A stretch of 63,555 bases of DNA, counting the filler, from Reclinomonas americana ATCC 50394 (lineage: Eukaryota), in assembly GCA_048213135.1 (NCBI GenBank). It is 8 parts of 5 records of this genome, joined end to end, with 100 filler letters (N's around TTAATTAATTAA, not from the genome) between each part and the next. Parts side by side here need not be neighbours in the genome. Positions count along the whole stretch, not along the records: positions 47,633 to 56,304 come from PS015249.1; positions 56,405 to 61,921 come from PS015250.1; positions 62,022 to 63,555 come from PS015253.1; 5 more parts are not named here. The stretch is one strand, 5' to 3'. Positions 52,594 to 63,555 of the stretch are shown here, one piece after another. The notes beneath the pieces were generated by a model. That model saw nothing but the letters and a program-made list of their open reading frames with translations, was not told where the DNA came from and ran no database searches. Position 1 is the first letter of the stretch. Each line of letters begins with the position of its first letter. A program made the translations under genes and the position numbers.

Positions 52594-55500
52594 CTACTCT
52601 TCGTCCTCCTCGTCATTGTCCTCGCTGACACCGTTGCCACCGACGGCCATGTCGGCATCCTCGCCAGCATCGACCTCCGGGTATGAGCTCGCCGAGCCAC
52701 CACCGCCCAGCGGCGTGGCCGAGGCCGTGGTCGTGGTCGTGGTCGTCGAGGACGAACCACTGGCACCAGAAGCAGCTGCAGCGGCGGCCGCACCGGAACC
52801 ATTGGTACCGACAACCGCGGCAATGGCCGAGGCCGATCCCGACAGCGGGATCACCGGCACGTCGAGCGAGCTCTTGGTGAAGCTGATGCGCAGCCGGTGC
52901 TCGCTCATCGAGTAATCTGCGCGTGCGTGCATGCCATGTCAGCGCACTGATCAAGGCGACACTCTTTCCCATTTTGCCTCCAAACAAANNNNNNNNNNNN
53001 NNNNNNNNNNNNNNNNNNNNNNNNNNNNNNNNNNNNNNNNNNNNNNNNNNNNNNNNNNNNNNNNNNNNNNNNNNNNNNNNNNNNNNNNNNNNNNNNNNNN
53101 NNNNNNNNNNNNNNNNNNNNNNNNNNNNNNNNNNNNNNNNNNNNNNNNNNNNNNNNNNNNNNNNNNCCATGCAGATAAATGAGCACATTGATGGCCTCGT
53201 CGACCGTCGACATCTTGGCCAGCGCCATCTTGCGCGAGTTCTGGAAGAACGAAAAGGCCTCCACCGTGCCGTATTGCGAGAGCAGGCTGAGCATTCCATC
53301 CTCTGGTGTGCCCTCGGGGATGTTGCTAATGTGCACGGTCGCCGACGGCGGGCAAATGTGCTGGTAATTCCTCGAGTTGGCGTACTTGTACCGGTGCAGC
53401 GGCGAGTTGGTAAAGTCCTTGGTCAGCGACGCAATCGCCTGCGTGGCGTCCGACTTGGGCATCGACACGTGCAGCATCTTGCTGAACGCAATGACCAGCT
53501 TCTGGCCAAACACCAGCACACCATTCAGGTGCTCCATGGCAGTCTTACTGCGCAAAGNNNNNNNNNNNNNNNNNNNNNNNNNNNNNCGAAGAGAGAAGTT
53601 GAGTAACAAATGCCGACGACAAAACAAGGCAAAGCCCTTCCGACCCCAGTGACGCAACGCTCCCTGCGGCGTGGTGAACTGAATCAAGGCCGAGTCGCGC
53701 TTGTTGTACAGAATCTTGACACGCGCAACGTCGCCGTACGCGCCAAACAGCATGAACAACGCGTCGGCGTCCATGCGGCCCGGCTCCAGGCCATTCACCA
53801 GCAGCACCGTCTGGCCCTGTGGCGCACCAACACTGGCCGCGACCGCCGCCGCTGCCGCCGCCGCCTGTCCGCTGTAACCACCGCCGTAGCCGCCACCAAT
53901 GCCGGCGCCCATGCCACCGCCCATGTGAGGGGGCATGCCGCCGCCCATACCACCACCACCCATGCCGCCACCCATTCCACCGCCCATGCCACCACCCATG
54001 CCGCCTCCCATACCGCCGCCCATGCCACCTCCCATACCGCCAAAGCCACCGTAGCCGCTGTGTCCCATTTCCACGCCGCCGAAACCGCCGTGGCCACCCA
54101 TCATGCCACCCGGTGGGCCGTAGGCGGCTGTTCACAAAAGGAGAGGGAAATGTCAGCATACAGGGAAATCTCAAGACAGAAGAGGGAACAAATGTGAAGA
54201 GAAATTCACGAGGAAGCTATGTACAAGGAGACAAAGGCAAGCTTGACGAAAAAACACACACACGCAACGTTGCTGCATCATCATCGACTGCTGCTGGAGC
54301 ACGTGCAATGGTGGGCCGCCACCGTCGCCAGTCGGCAACGACGGGTCAGTGTAGTCGCGTGACTTGTCGTTGTTGAACTTGATGGTGAGGTTGTTGAGCG
54401 ACGAGAACTGAATCTTCAGCGTGCAGCAGCCGGGGTAGATGTTCTGACCCTCCAGCATCTGCTTGGCGCTGCGTGCGTTGCTCGGGTCGTCGTATTGCAC
54501 GAGGGCCTGGTTGAGGCCGTTCTTGCAAAACACAATCGCCTTGAGCACGTTGCCGTACTTGGAGAACACCTGGTGAATCACGTGCACGTCGACCGGGTAC
54601 AGCATGTTGTGGATGGTGATGAGCAGGACGTTGCCGGCGGCGCCCGCGGGAACCGAGTCGGAGGATGGCTGTGAGAAGGGTAAGGAGAGGGAAGGATGAG
54701 GAGGGGGGAAGGGGGATTGGGGGAAGGGGGAAGGCAAGAGGGAAGAGGAGTAGGAAGAGGAGAGGAGAGGAGAGGAGAGGAGAGGAGAGGAGAGGAGAGG
54801 AGAGGAGAGAGAGAGAGGCGAGAAAGGAAAATAGGAACAGGGGAAGAGATAAAGGAGAAGGGAGTTGCTGAAGCTTGGAGAGGGCAGAAGAAAGTGGAGG
54901 GAAGATGTGGGTAAGGAGGAGAGATGAGAGGGAGAGGAAGGAGAAAGAGAGTGAGAGAGAGAGGGCACAAAGAGCGGAGAAAGGAGAAACGAGGAAGGAA
55001 TGAATGAGAGTGGCGAAGAGAGAGAAATGGGTTCGCCCCTGATCCGCCTTCTATGCCTTCCTCTTTCTGTCTCTCTCCACCCTTCACTCTTCGTCTGCAG
55101 CTCTCTCTCCCTTTCCCTTCCATTCTCCTGCAACGTTACTCACCCGCATCATGCTTCCCGAGCTCCCGCCACCACCCATTCCACCACCACCGCCACCACC
55201 ACCACCACCACCGCCCATGTGTCCTGGCGGGTTGACGGTGATCTCTTGCCGGTTGGAGTACGAAAAGTACACGGGCTGGCCACTGTGCATCGCTGCATGT
55301 CAGCAACGCAAAAGCACTCAACGAGACACGCTCGCGCAAATACTCAACTACACCATGGCGGGCATGCTGGCATGATACGTGATCAACTGCTGCGCATGCG
55401 CCGGCGAGTGCAGCTGCACAAAGCCCTGCGTCTTGCCTTGCTTCTACACAAGCACAAACAATGAACACGGGACGCATTCTCCTTTGACAGAGACAACTCC

Positions 55501-55944
55501 CCACCAACCTTCAACAACAGCACACGCACAGCTCCGCCAAACGGCATCGCCAGTCCCTGCAAGTCTCCCTCATTGGCCTCTCCAGGCAAGTTGCGCACAA
55601 ACACGACTGTGTGCGCGTGCGCGAGATGTCCATGTCAGACTTGCCACTTTTGCACTTTCAACAAAGGCAAACCCCCCCCTTCTCTTCTGCCTATGAGNNN
55701 NNNNNNNNNNNNNNNNNNNNNNNNNNNNNNNNNNNNNNNNNNNNNNNNNNNNNNNNNNNNNNNNNNNNNNNNNNNNNNNNNNNNNNNNNNNNNNNNNNNN
55801 NNNNNNAGCATGCACACCTGGAGTAGAGGCGGGCCCCATTGAGGCCACATCCATGCGAGTGCGCTTGAGCGCGTCGCCCATGCCGTCCATGGTGCCCATG
55901 GCTTCAGACGCCAACCGCTTGTGCGGGTTTCCACCACCGTCCAT
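52594..55944 (-). CDS. Polypyrimidine tract-binding protein / hnRNP L-like, four RRMs
   Basis: [140 protein letters not shown]. Confidence 0.93.
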
Positions 55945-56404
55945 AACACAGCAAGAGGAAGAGGAGGAGGAGGAGAAGGAAGAAGGAGAAGAACGCGCGC
56001 GCGAGAGTGCAAGACGAGATGCAGACTGATAAGAACGTAAGTTGCAAATGATGGTATGATGGTGGTTGGATGGATGGTTTGGATCGTCAAGGGGGGCGCA
56101 AGGGATGGGGCATGCAGAGAAGAGCAGGGGCAGCGAGCGAGTCAGAGGGTGCGCGAGGCCAGGACGACATTTTCACACAACAACAACAAAAGAAAAGACT
56201 CACGATTGGCAGAGGAAGGGGGATTCGCTGAGTAGCGAAAACGAGAGTGAGTGAGTGAGCGACGGAAGGGGGGGGAGTGAGTGCAAGGAAGCGCGCGCGC
56301 GCTGNNNNNNNNNNNNNNNNNNNNNNNNNNNNNNNNNNNNNNNNNNNNTTAATTAATTAANNNNNNNNNNNNNNNNNNNNNNNNNNNNNNNNNNNNNNNN
56401 NNNN

Positions 56405-56442
<38 letters not shown>

Positions 56443-56638
56443 AGAGAGAGAGAGAGAGACAGAGAGAGAGAGAGACACAAGAAAGGGAGGAGAGAGAGAG
56501 AGAGACAGAGACAGAGACGAGTCTCACGAAGAGCGGAACGGGAAGTCATGTGAGCTGCTGAGTGCTCGACAGAGAACAACACGATCTTGTTGACAGGAGA
56601 GAGATTGTTCAGCGTTCACTTACCTGCTTTACATCCCA

Positions 56639-57613
56639 GCTTCGACGACGAGTTCAAGCGCGACGCCTCGGGCATGCCGCGCAACTTTGTCAGCGAGCAG
56701 CAGATCCGCGAGTGCTTCTCGCGTGCACGACGCTCGGTGATGCGCTCGCTCGACGACTTGTTTGTGTTCCGCTTGACGAACCCCTACGACGAGTTGCATC
56801 TGTTTGACATTGATGCACCGGTGAGTGCTGACGACCAGGGAAGATGGAATGGATCATGAAACCAAACCCTTTCCTCACCATTTGCAGGACTCGGCCGTCA
56901 ACGACGTGTATGCCGTGGTCAACTTCCCGCGCGGCGACAAGGCCGAGCAGGCCGCCGAAGCCGGTCATTTCCTCATCGATGTGCGTGCCGTGCACGATCT
57001 GCACCGCCAGCTGACGCTGCACGCGGAGAGCTCGTTCAACGATGCGGCCAATGCGCTGGTGAGTGCGAGTGCGCCGCGACACGATGCAAAGAAGTCTCTC
57101 ACTCTACCTTCCGTACAGAGGCGCAACGAGGCCGCTCGCGGTCTCCCGCTGTGGGTGTACGGTGCGTGCACAATCAGCTTTCCTTGCACAAACAACGACA
57201 AACTCACCAACAAGATTCCCACGTTTGCAGCGCTGTTGGTGATTCTCGGCTGGAATGAGTTTGTGGCCGTGCTGTCGCACCCGATTGGCCTGGTGCTGCT
57301 CATCGGTGCCGCCACGCTCGCCTACATGTACTACCAAGTGCCGCAATTCCGCGCCTACCTGGCACTCTTTGGCCTCGGTGCGTGTTTGTCGATGTTCGTG
57401 TCGCGTCGCGAGTCATGCCCTAACTCTCTCTCTCTCTCGCGCACAGCGGCACCACTGGCTGCGGCGGCTCCTGCGGCTGCAAGCGCCCCAGCTGCGCCAG
57501 CCAACAAGGAGTCGCCGGCACCGTCGCCGACACGCAGCGCCGCCGCGCCCTCCGCCTCGTCGGGATCATCATCGTCGGAGAGCGGCAGTGGACTCCGCCG
57601 ACGCATCACGTGA
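56639..57613 (+). CDS. SEY1: SEY1/RHD3 ER-fusion GTPase, C-terminal part
   Basis: FDDEFKRDASGMPRNF and GLPLWVY/ALLVILGWNEFVAVLSHP transmembrane hairpin motifs. The GTPase domain is absent here and presumably hidden in the linker gap. Confidence 0.88.
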
Positions 57614-57759
57614 GCACTGAGAATTCCAGCACGACAAATCAGGCGAGGAAGGCGTCCTTCTTCTCTTTTACACCAACAGCCCATCATCATTACACGAAAA
57701 TCAACCGCGTGCCGCGAGTCGCCGATGAGCAGGAGAGCAGGTGGGGGGATGGGTGTTTT

Positions 57760-58620
57760 CTCGATTTGCATACCAGTGGGTGGTCAGTTATGCGAATCGC
57801 ATCAGGGGCTCTTTGTGCACACCAGTGGCGCATCTGAGGTCAGGGCCGCCAGGAAGAGAATCGAAGCAGACGGGCACTGTGCAGAGAAGGGCGACGGAGC
57901 AAGAGAGAGTTACTCCGAGAATAGAGCACGTGGCTTTAACGCATCTGTGATCAGAGACGAGCAAGAGAATCGCAAAGCAGAGAGGCCTGCTTCTTCACCA
58001 CGCAAACCAGCGGCAGCCAGCTGGCTGAAGAGCAACGAAGAAGGTCGTTACCTTGTTTTGTACACCAGTGGTGAGTTGTCATTGTGCATCTGCGCTCGCT
58101 GCGAGTGAGAATCGCAGAGCACACATGGCCTTCTCCTTCATCAAGCCTTGCAGAGGATGGCGCAAGTGATCACTGAAAGACAGGAATGAAAGAAATAAGC
58201 GCCTGTTTCCCTGTATTTGCACGACAGGGAAGAGTTGTTCGTGTGTGTCTTCGATCGCTGGCCAGGCGAGTGAGAATCGCAGAGCACAGAAGGCCTTCCT
58301 CTTTGCTCAGCGGCACAGTGGCAGGCTGGCACGCGATCACCGAAACGCAAGAAAGAAAGCAAGTGCCTGTTTTGCACACTTGTGGCGAGTTGTCTTCTGT
58401 GTCTGCGATCGCGACAAGGGATAGAATCGCAGTAGAATGCCCTCACTCTCCACTCAACCGCACAGTGGCAGGCTGGCACGCGATCACTGAAACGCAAGAA
58501 AGAAAGAAGCGAGTGCCTGTTTCCCTTGTATGTTGCACAAGAGTGGTGAGTTGTCTTATGCTGTCTACGATCGGTGACAAGCGCAAGACAACACAGAGGC
58601 CTTGCCCTTGCACTCAGAGG
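57760..58620. repeat. Degenerate ~150-bp tandem repeat downstream of SEY1
   Basis: cacagtggcaggctggcacgcgatcac(c/t)gaaacgcaagaaagaaag at 58314 and 58461; gagaatcgcagagcac at 58108 and 58272; (t/c)acaccagtgg repeated. Confidence 0.75.
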
Positions 58621-58805
58621 CCCAGTAAGCAAGTGCGATTTCACAGTTGTCATTGTGCGGAGAGAGAATCGCCACCCGCCTCTTGCTCTTCTCAATGTAC
58701 ACAAACATTCATTCATTATTACACAACCACACAGCGCACGAGGACAGCTGCCTGTCATGCGGCGACCGAGAGCATCTGTAATGCGACACCAACTGCACGC
58801 AACAA

Positions 58806-59231
58806 TCAATCAGTCAGTGAACTGCCATCACAAAAAGAAACACCCCTCCGCGCGCGCGCACGTGACTCACCACTGCCAGCGGCAATGCGCGCGCCACTGC
58901 TCAACGCTCGCATGCGTTTAACGACCGGAGCAGGCGGAGCAACAATGGCGGTTGCTGCAATCTTCTTCTCGTCATTGCCAAATGCAACAGCACGCTCTTC
59001 CGCGGGCGAGAACATGCCGTGTTCATCGTCATCGGCCTTCCATGAGTGATCATCACAGTCGTCGTCATCACAGTCAGTGTCGACTTGCTCGTCTTGTGAA
59101 GGAGGCAGTGGTGTTCGGGTTGTTGTTACTGTTGTTGTCTTGCGCAGCTTGCGTTCAGTGATGGTGGCGATCACAGTGAAGAGGATGATCAGCACGTAGA
59201 GTGCCATGTAGAAGCAGGAGGAGACGGCCAT
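58806..59231 (-). CDS. Hypothetical small single-pass membrane protein
   Basis: ATG followed by the hydrophobic stretch FYMALYVLIILFTVIATIT, then basic ERKLRK; 141-aa ORF. Confidence 0.35.
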   Translation of the reverse strand: MAVSSCFYMALYVLIILFTVIATITERKLRKTTTVTTTRTPLPPSQDEQVDTDCDDDDCDDHSWKADDDEHGMFSPAEERAVAFGNDEKKIAATAIVAPPAPVVKRMRALSSGARIAAGSGESRARARRGVSFCDGSSLTD

Positions 59232-60235
59232 TGTTGTTGTTGGTCAGCGCTCACAGGCGGGCAAGAAAGATTGTTTTTGAGTCGGGTTCGTCGGATTGCG
59301 AGCTCCGCGTCTGTCCGCAGCGAGCGGGCGCGAGCGCGAGCGCCGACGCCGATCCGCATTTTGCTCCGATTCACCGCGCGGGAAAACTGTGTGTGTCTGT
59401 GTGTCGCGGAGAGGTGTGTGGTGTGGAGTGGGGGGAGAGGAAGGCAGCGCACGTGCTACGCGTGTGCTGCTGGATGAAAACGAGCAATTCTTCGTGCATG
59501 CGCAATGTTCGATTTGGTTATTATTACCTCCCACCGATTTAGCACTTTGCGGAAGACCGCGTTGACGCATGCATGGTTAGGTTCTTGGCATGGCAGCAGG
59601 TGGTGTCGGAGCACGGAGTCGCTCACGGAGCATGGTTCTGAATTCGAACAACACAAGTTTGGAAATTCGTTCGAGCACTGCTCGCGATTGGCAGCACGCT
59701 CTGTTCCCGGAACCGAAACGGGAATGGTGGATCTGGGTGTGCTGCCGATGATGCAGACGACAGCACCACCGGACCTATCTGAACGCTTTTTCTTCATGAT
59801 CATTTCTCTTGCAGAAACGCCAGCATTCGATATCAGCCATCTCGACTGTTCTCATTGTTTCCGTGTTAATGGTGCTCACTCAAGATGGTGATCATCATGC
59901 AGCTGTTGCTGTTGTTGTGAGTTCATGCTTGTCACGAGACATGCATGGTTTCACTGCTGAAACGCCAGCGTAAGGCATCTCGACTCTCTCTCGCACTCCA
60001 GCTCTGTCCGTGATGTCTCTGGTGCTCACTAAAGCTGGTGCACAGTGATCTTCAAACAGCTGCAGTTTGGCTCATGAAGGTTATTGCTGTTCAATCGTAC
60101 GGTGTATCTCACACGTCAGACTCATTGCGTTGCTGGTGCTCGTCATGCTGCTGCGTGCCTCTGCTTACCGGCGCACAGCCGACCATCCCAGTCTGTGTAT
60201 CCAGTCTCGCCACAAACGACTGCTTCCAGTGAGTT

Positions 60236-62021
60236 TCACGGCGACGATGGCGCAGCTGCGGTGGTTGTTCGTGATGTAGCGTGCGTCGCCGTTGGTGGCG
60301 CCGCAGACATCGGAGCAGCCACATACGGCGGTGGCACTCTCACCCTCGAAAAAGTGGCCCTGAGAATGCCCACCAGATCCGTGGAGGAGGGTCGATCCAC
60401 CGGCTTCGCCTGCAACACCAGCATCCGTGTCAGCAACACGCAGACACAGTTGCCGGTTTCCCCATCACGCAACTGCCCAGCACATTTCGATGACTCGACG
60501 ATGGTCAGCGCTCAAAAACGGGTGATCCAGCGCGCCGGGCATGCTCCCGCGACGCACCGAGTCCAACAGGTGCGACGCTCCCACACCATCGTATGGCTTG
60601 GTTCGCGTGACACAGCACCACAAAATGGTGCCAAAAGAGAAAATGTCGGCACGCTCGTCGTACTGCACCCACACATGAGCGGAAGGAGACAACCACATGC
60701 TCAACAGCGCGCAGAGCTCACCGGCTCTCCCATGAGCACTTCTCGAGCCGCATACGCCGGTGTTCCAACAACAGTGCGCAGCTGGACCAGCGTGCGCCAC
60801 TCCTTGGCCTCGCCAAAGTCGCAAATCTTGACAGTGCGGCGATCGTCACTCACGAGAATGTCTGCCGCACAGGGCGGGATGAGCGTGGCAGTTCCCAACC
60901 ACAGAGCGACAGAGCTGGGACGCAACTCTCGGGTTTCAAATCGCGATGAATCACTCTTCGCGTGTGCATGTGTTCCAGTGCCTCAGCGACTTGTACCAGC
61001 AGTTCGATCAGGTCGTCCGTCCTGTAGGCATCCTCGTCGATCAACGACTGCAGCGTGATAGGTGTGCCATCAGCCTGCCCGATGTACTCGAGCACCAGAG
61101 CGGGTCCGCCAGGCATCTGCTCACACACTGCCAGTAATCTGACAATGTTGGGGTGACTAGACGCCCAGAGCGCTGTCAGCAATGCGAAAGGGGCCTTCGA
61201 AGAAGCAGAGAGTGCATGACGAAACTCGAGTCTCATCAGCTGGCGCTCCTCGTTTGCGAAAGATTGCAGCAGCTTCTCTCTGTTGGCTGTGTTTGCGTGA
61301 CACACGTACTGCTTGTACGCCACGTCTACCTCTTGACCTCCGATCATGCACGTGGCTCGATTTACTTGCCAGATGCCTGTTGCACGACAGCATGAGGACA
61401 GCTAAAGTTGGCGACGATGTGCAGCGAAAGTAGTGAAGGACAACTGACCGACTGCAAGTGGGTGACTGTATGCAATGGCGTCTGGCGGCACGCGCGGCGC
61501 ACAAAGCACGAGACGCTCGAGAGCAACCTTGAACTGATCGTCGGTAACTTGCAACGAGTGAACATCTGCGACACGCAGTATAACAACATGAGCAATATGA
61601 TGATTCGGCACCACGCGACAGATGATGCAACTGTCGTATGCCTTGGACAGCTCCTCGATGCACGGGTGATTGGCGGGGAATAGCTGATGCAGAATGTCGC
61701 GAATGGTGCGCATGCAATGCCGGTACTCGCTGTCGGACAGGGTAGCCGACGCCACCAGGTGCGAAACACGGTTACGCATATCCTTCAGCTCCTTCACCAT
61801 ATCAATCTGTGGGGTGAGAGTGAGAGGGGGGAAGCGAAAGGGTGGGGGAGAGGAAGGGGAAGAGAAGGTGGGAGAGAAGGGGAGACGAAGGGGGAAGCGA
61901 AGGGGGAAGCGGAAGGGGAAGNNNNNNNNNNNNNNNNNNNNNNNNNNNNNNNNNNNNNNNNNNNNTTAATTAATTAANNNNNNNNNNNNNNNNNNNNNNN
62001 NNNNNNNNNNNNNNNNNNNNN

Positions 62022-62053
<32 letters not shown>

Positions 62054-62520
62054 AGGGAGGGAGGGAGGCATGCAGTGCTGACGAGAGCAGAGAGATGAGG
62101 GCAGAAAGTTAGGGAACCAGATGGGAAAGGTATCAGGAGAGTGGGCGAACAAGAGGGAGAAAGAGAGAGAGAGAGAAAGAAAAAGAGAGAGAGAAAGACG
62201 GTGAGGAAACATGAGAGATACAGTGCCGCGAGGAAAGGGGAGACAGAGGGACGACACATAGTGCGCGGTGCAAGTCAGCGTCTCACCTCATCGACCTCCA
62301 TATCCTGACTCCAGTTGCCCACTCGAGTCTTGGATGAGTAGCCCTTGTACCCAGCCATTTGCTGACTGCAAAAGCAATAAAAAACAAAAACAAGGGAATA
62401 AGGAGTGAGCAGAGAGAGAGAGAGAGAGAGAGTGTGTATCTTCTCCTCTTCTCATTCTCTCTCTGTGAGGTACGCAACGACGTGTATTCCATGAAATGCT
62501 CCGCCATTTTGCTTTCAGAG
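60236..62520 (-). CDS. Protein kinase (TKL-like) with N-terminal HEPN-like domain
   Basis: ELKDMRNRVSHLVASATLSDSEYRHCMRTIRDIL (Rx4H), then VAYK, FANEERQL, HPNIVRLL, HRDLKPE/NILV, KICDFG, GTPAYAAREVL, ADIFSFGTILW, IEMCWA/AKPVDRPS. Upstream exons beyond the 61966 linker and the 3' end are tentative. Confidence 0.85.
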
Positions 62521-62984
62521 AATTATCTTTGTGAGGGGCAAAGGCGCAGTGAGCACAAAACAGGTCAAGAAGTGAGAGAAGAGAGAGACACATGAGACTG
62601 CAGACACAGAGAGAGAGAGAGGGCTCACTTGCTTCTCAGCACACACATAGCAACAAAGGAAGAGAGACAGTGACAGAGACAGAAAGAGAGATGACAGAAG
62701 GAGGAGAAGAAGAAGAAGAAGAAGGAGAAGAAGAAGAAGAAGAAGAAGAAGAAGAAGAAGAAGAAGAAAAAGAAGAGACAGAAAGAGAGACAGACACAGA
62801 CACAGAGAACAGAAGAAACAAGAACGAGAAGAAGAAGAACAACAACAACAACACAACAACAACAAGAGAAGAAGAGAGAGCAATCAACACTCACCGACTT
62901 CTTGCGCACAAACAGTGACAATGAAACGGCCGGGACGGTGGGACGCGCGGACACGTCGACGCTCGTCATATTTTCCGCCTTTCA

Positions 62985-63158
62985 ATGAGTGGCAAGCGCG
63001 AGGAGGAAGCAACAGCCGCAGTGGCAGCTGAGGAGAGCACTGCCTCTGCTGCTGGTGGTGTTGTTGTTGTCGACGCGTTTTTGAGCAACTTGTTGAGAGA
63101 TCCGCATGAGAGGCATCGTGTGGTGCGGCTGGAGAGAGAGGTGGAGGCGTTTGTTGTC
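62985..63158 (+). CDS. First exon of an R3H(-SUZ)-domain RNA-binding protein
   Basis: VDAFLSNLLRDPHERHRVVRLEREVEAFV resembles the conserved pre-R3H helix (VD.FL.EAL.NPR.RL..L.ME.DI..F); followed by a GTAAGT donor. Confidence 0.6.
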
Positions 63159-63555
63159 AGTAAGTTGCGTGTGTGGCAATTGGGGGGGTGGCAATGGGAA
63201 GAGAATGAGAGGGACAAGAGAGGGTGGAGTGTGACATGTCGACTTCAAACACGAACTCTGTGTGTGTTTTGTGAGGAAGTGAGAGAGAGTGTGTGTGTGA
63301 GAGAGAGAGAGAGAGAGCATGAGCTGTGTGCATTCAGTCAGTCGCATGAGGGAATCCTCACTGCATGCATTCATTCAGTCTCTCTCTCTCTCTGTCTCGT
63401 TCTCTCATCCTCACTGTCTCATACTCTCTGACACTGTCTCTTTACCACTCTCTCACCCTCGTTCTCTCTGCTGTTGTCTGTCACTCTCTCTCTCTCTCTC
63501 TCTGTTGCTCCCTCATTCCTGAGTCTTCTCCTGTCTACGCTGTCTGGCGCTTCTT

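Noticed and set aside
53870-54110. GGGM repeat in the PTB-like protein
   Set aside because: Low-complexity linkers between RRM2 and RRM3 are common in this family; not novel.

Overview
Eukaryotic draft-assembly DNA from an intron-dense, probably flagellated protist (it encodes the axonemal dynein assembly factor DNAAF5). The window has many N gaps, seven N-TTAATTAATTAA-N contig linkers, long (CT)n/(GA)n microsatellites and (TACG)n pyrosequencing artefacts. Splicing exons by hand gives these genes in order: acyloxyacyl hydrolase (+), PPR protein (-), DNAAF5/HEATR2 (+), DNA ligase I (+), two tandem intronless WD40 genes (-), an acidic unknown (-), a ubiquitin-like/Cys-rich fusion (-), a GRAM protein (+), SRP68 (-), a cAMP-receptor-like GPCR (-), a decayed restriction-like-endonuclease non-LTR retrotransposon (-), LSM14 (-), a Kelch protein (+), TM2D3-like (-), PTB/hnRNP L-like (-), SEY1/RHD3 3' end (+), a HEPN-like+kinase fusion (-) and an R3H protein 5' end (+). 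The most striking signals are: (1) about 15 introns using a recurrent GTTGCG donor that lacks the usual +5 G and looks like GTGCG shifted by one base; (2) a protein kinase fused to an Rx4H HEPN-like nuclease domain; (3) a ubiquitin-like domain whose RGG end is only formed by splicing and is fused to a putative zinc-binding domain. Gene boundaries are hand-derived and approximate; no database searches were run.
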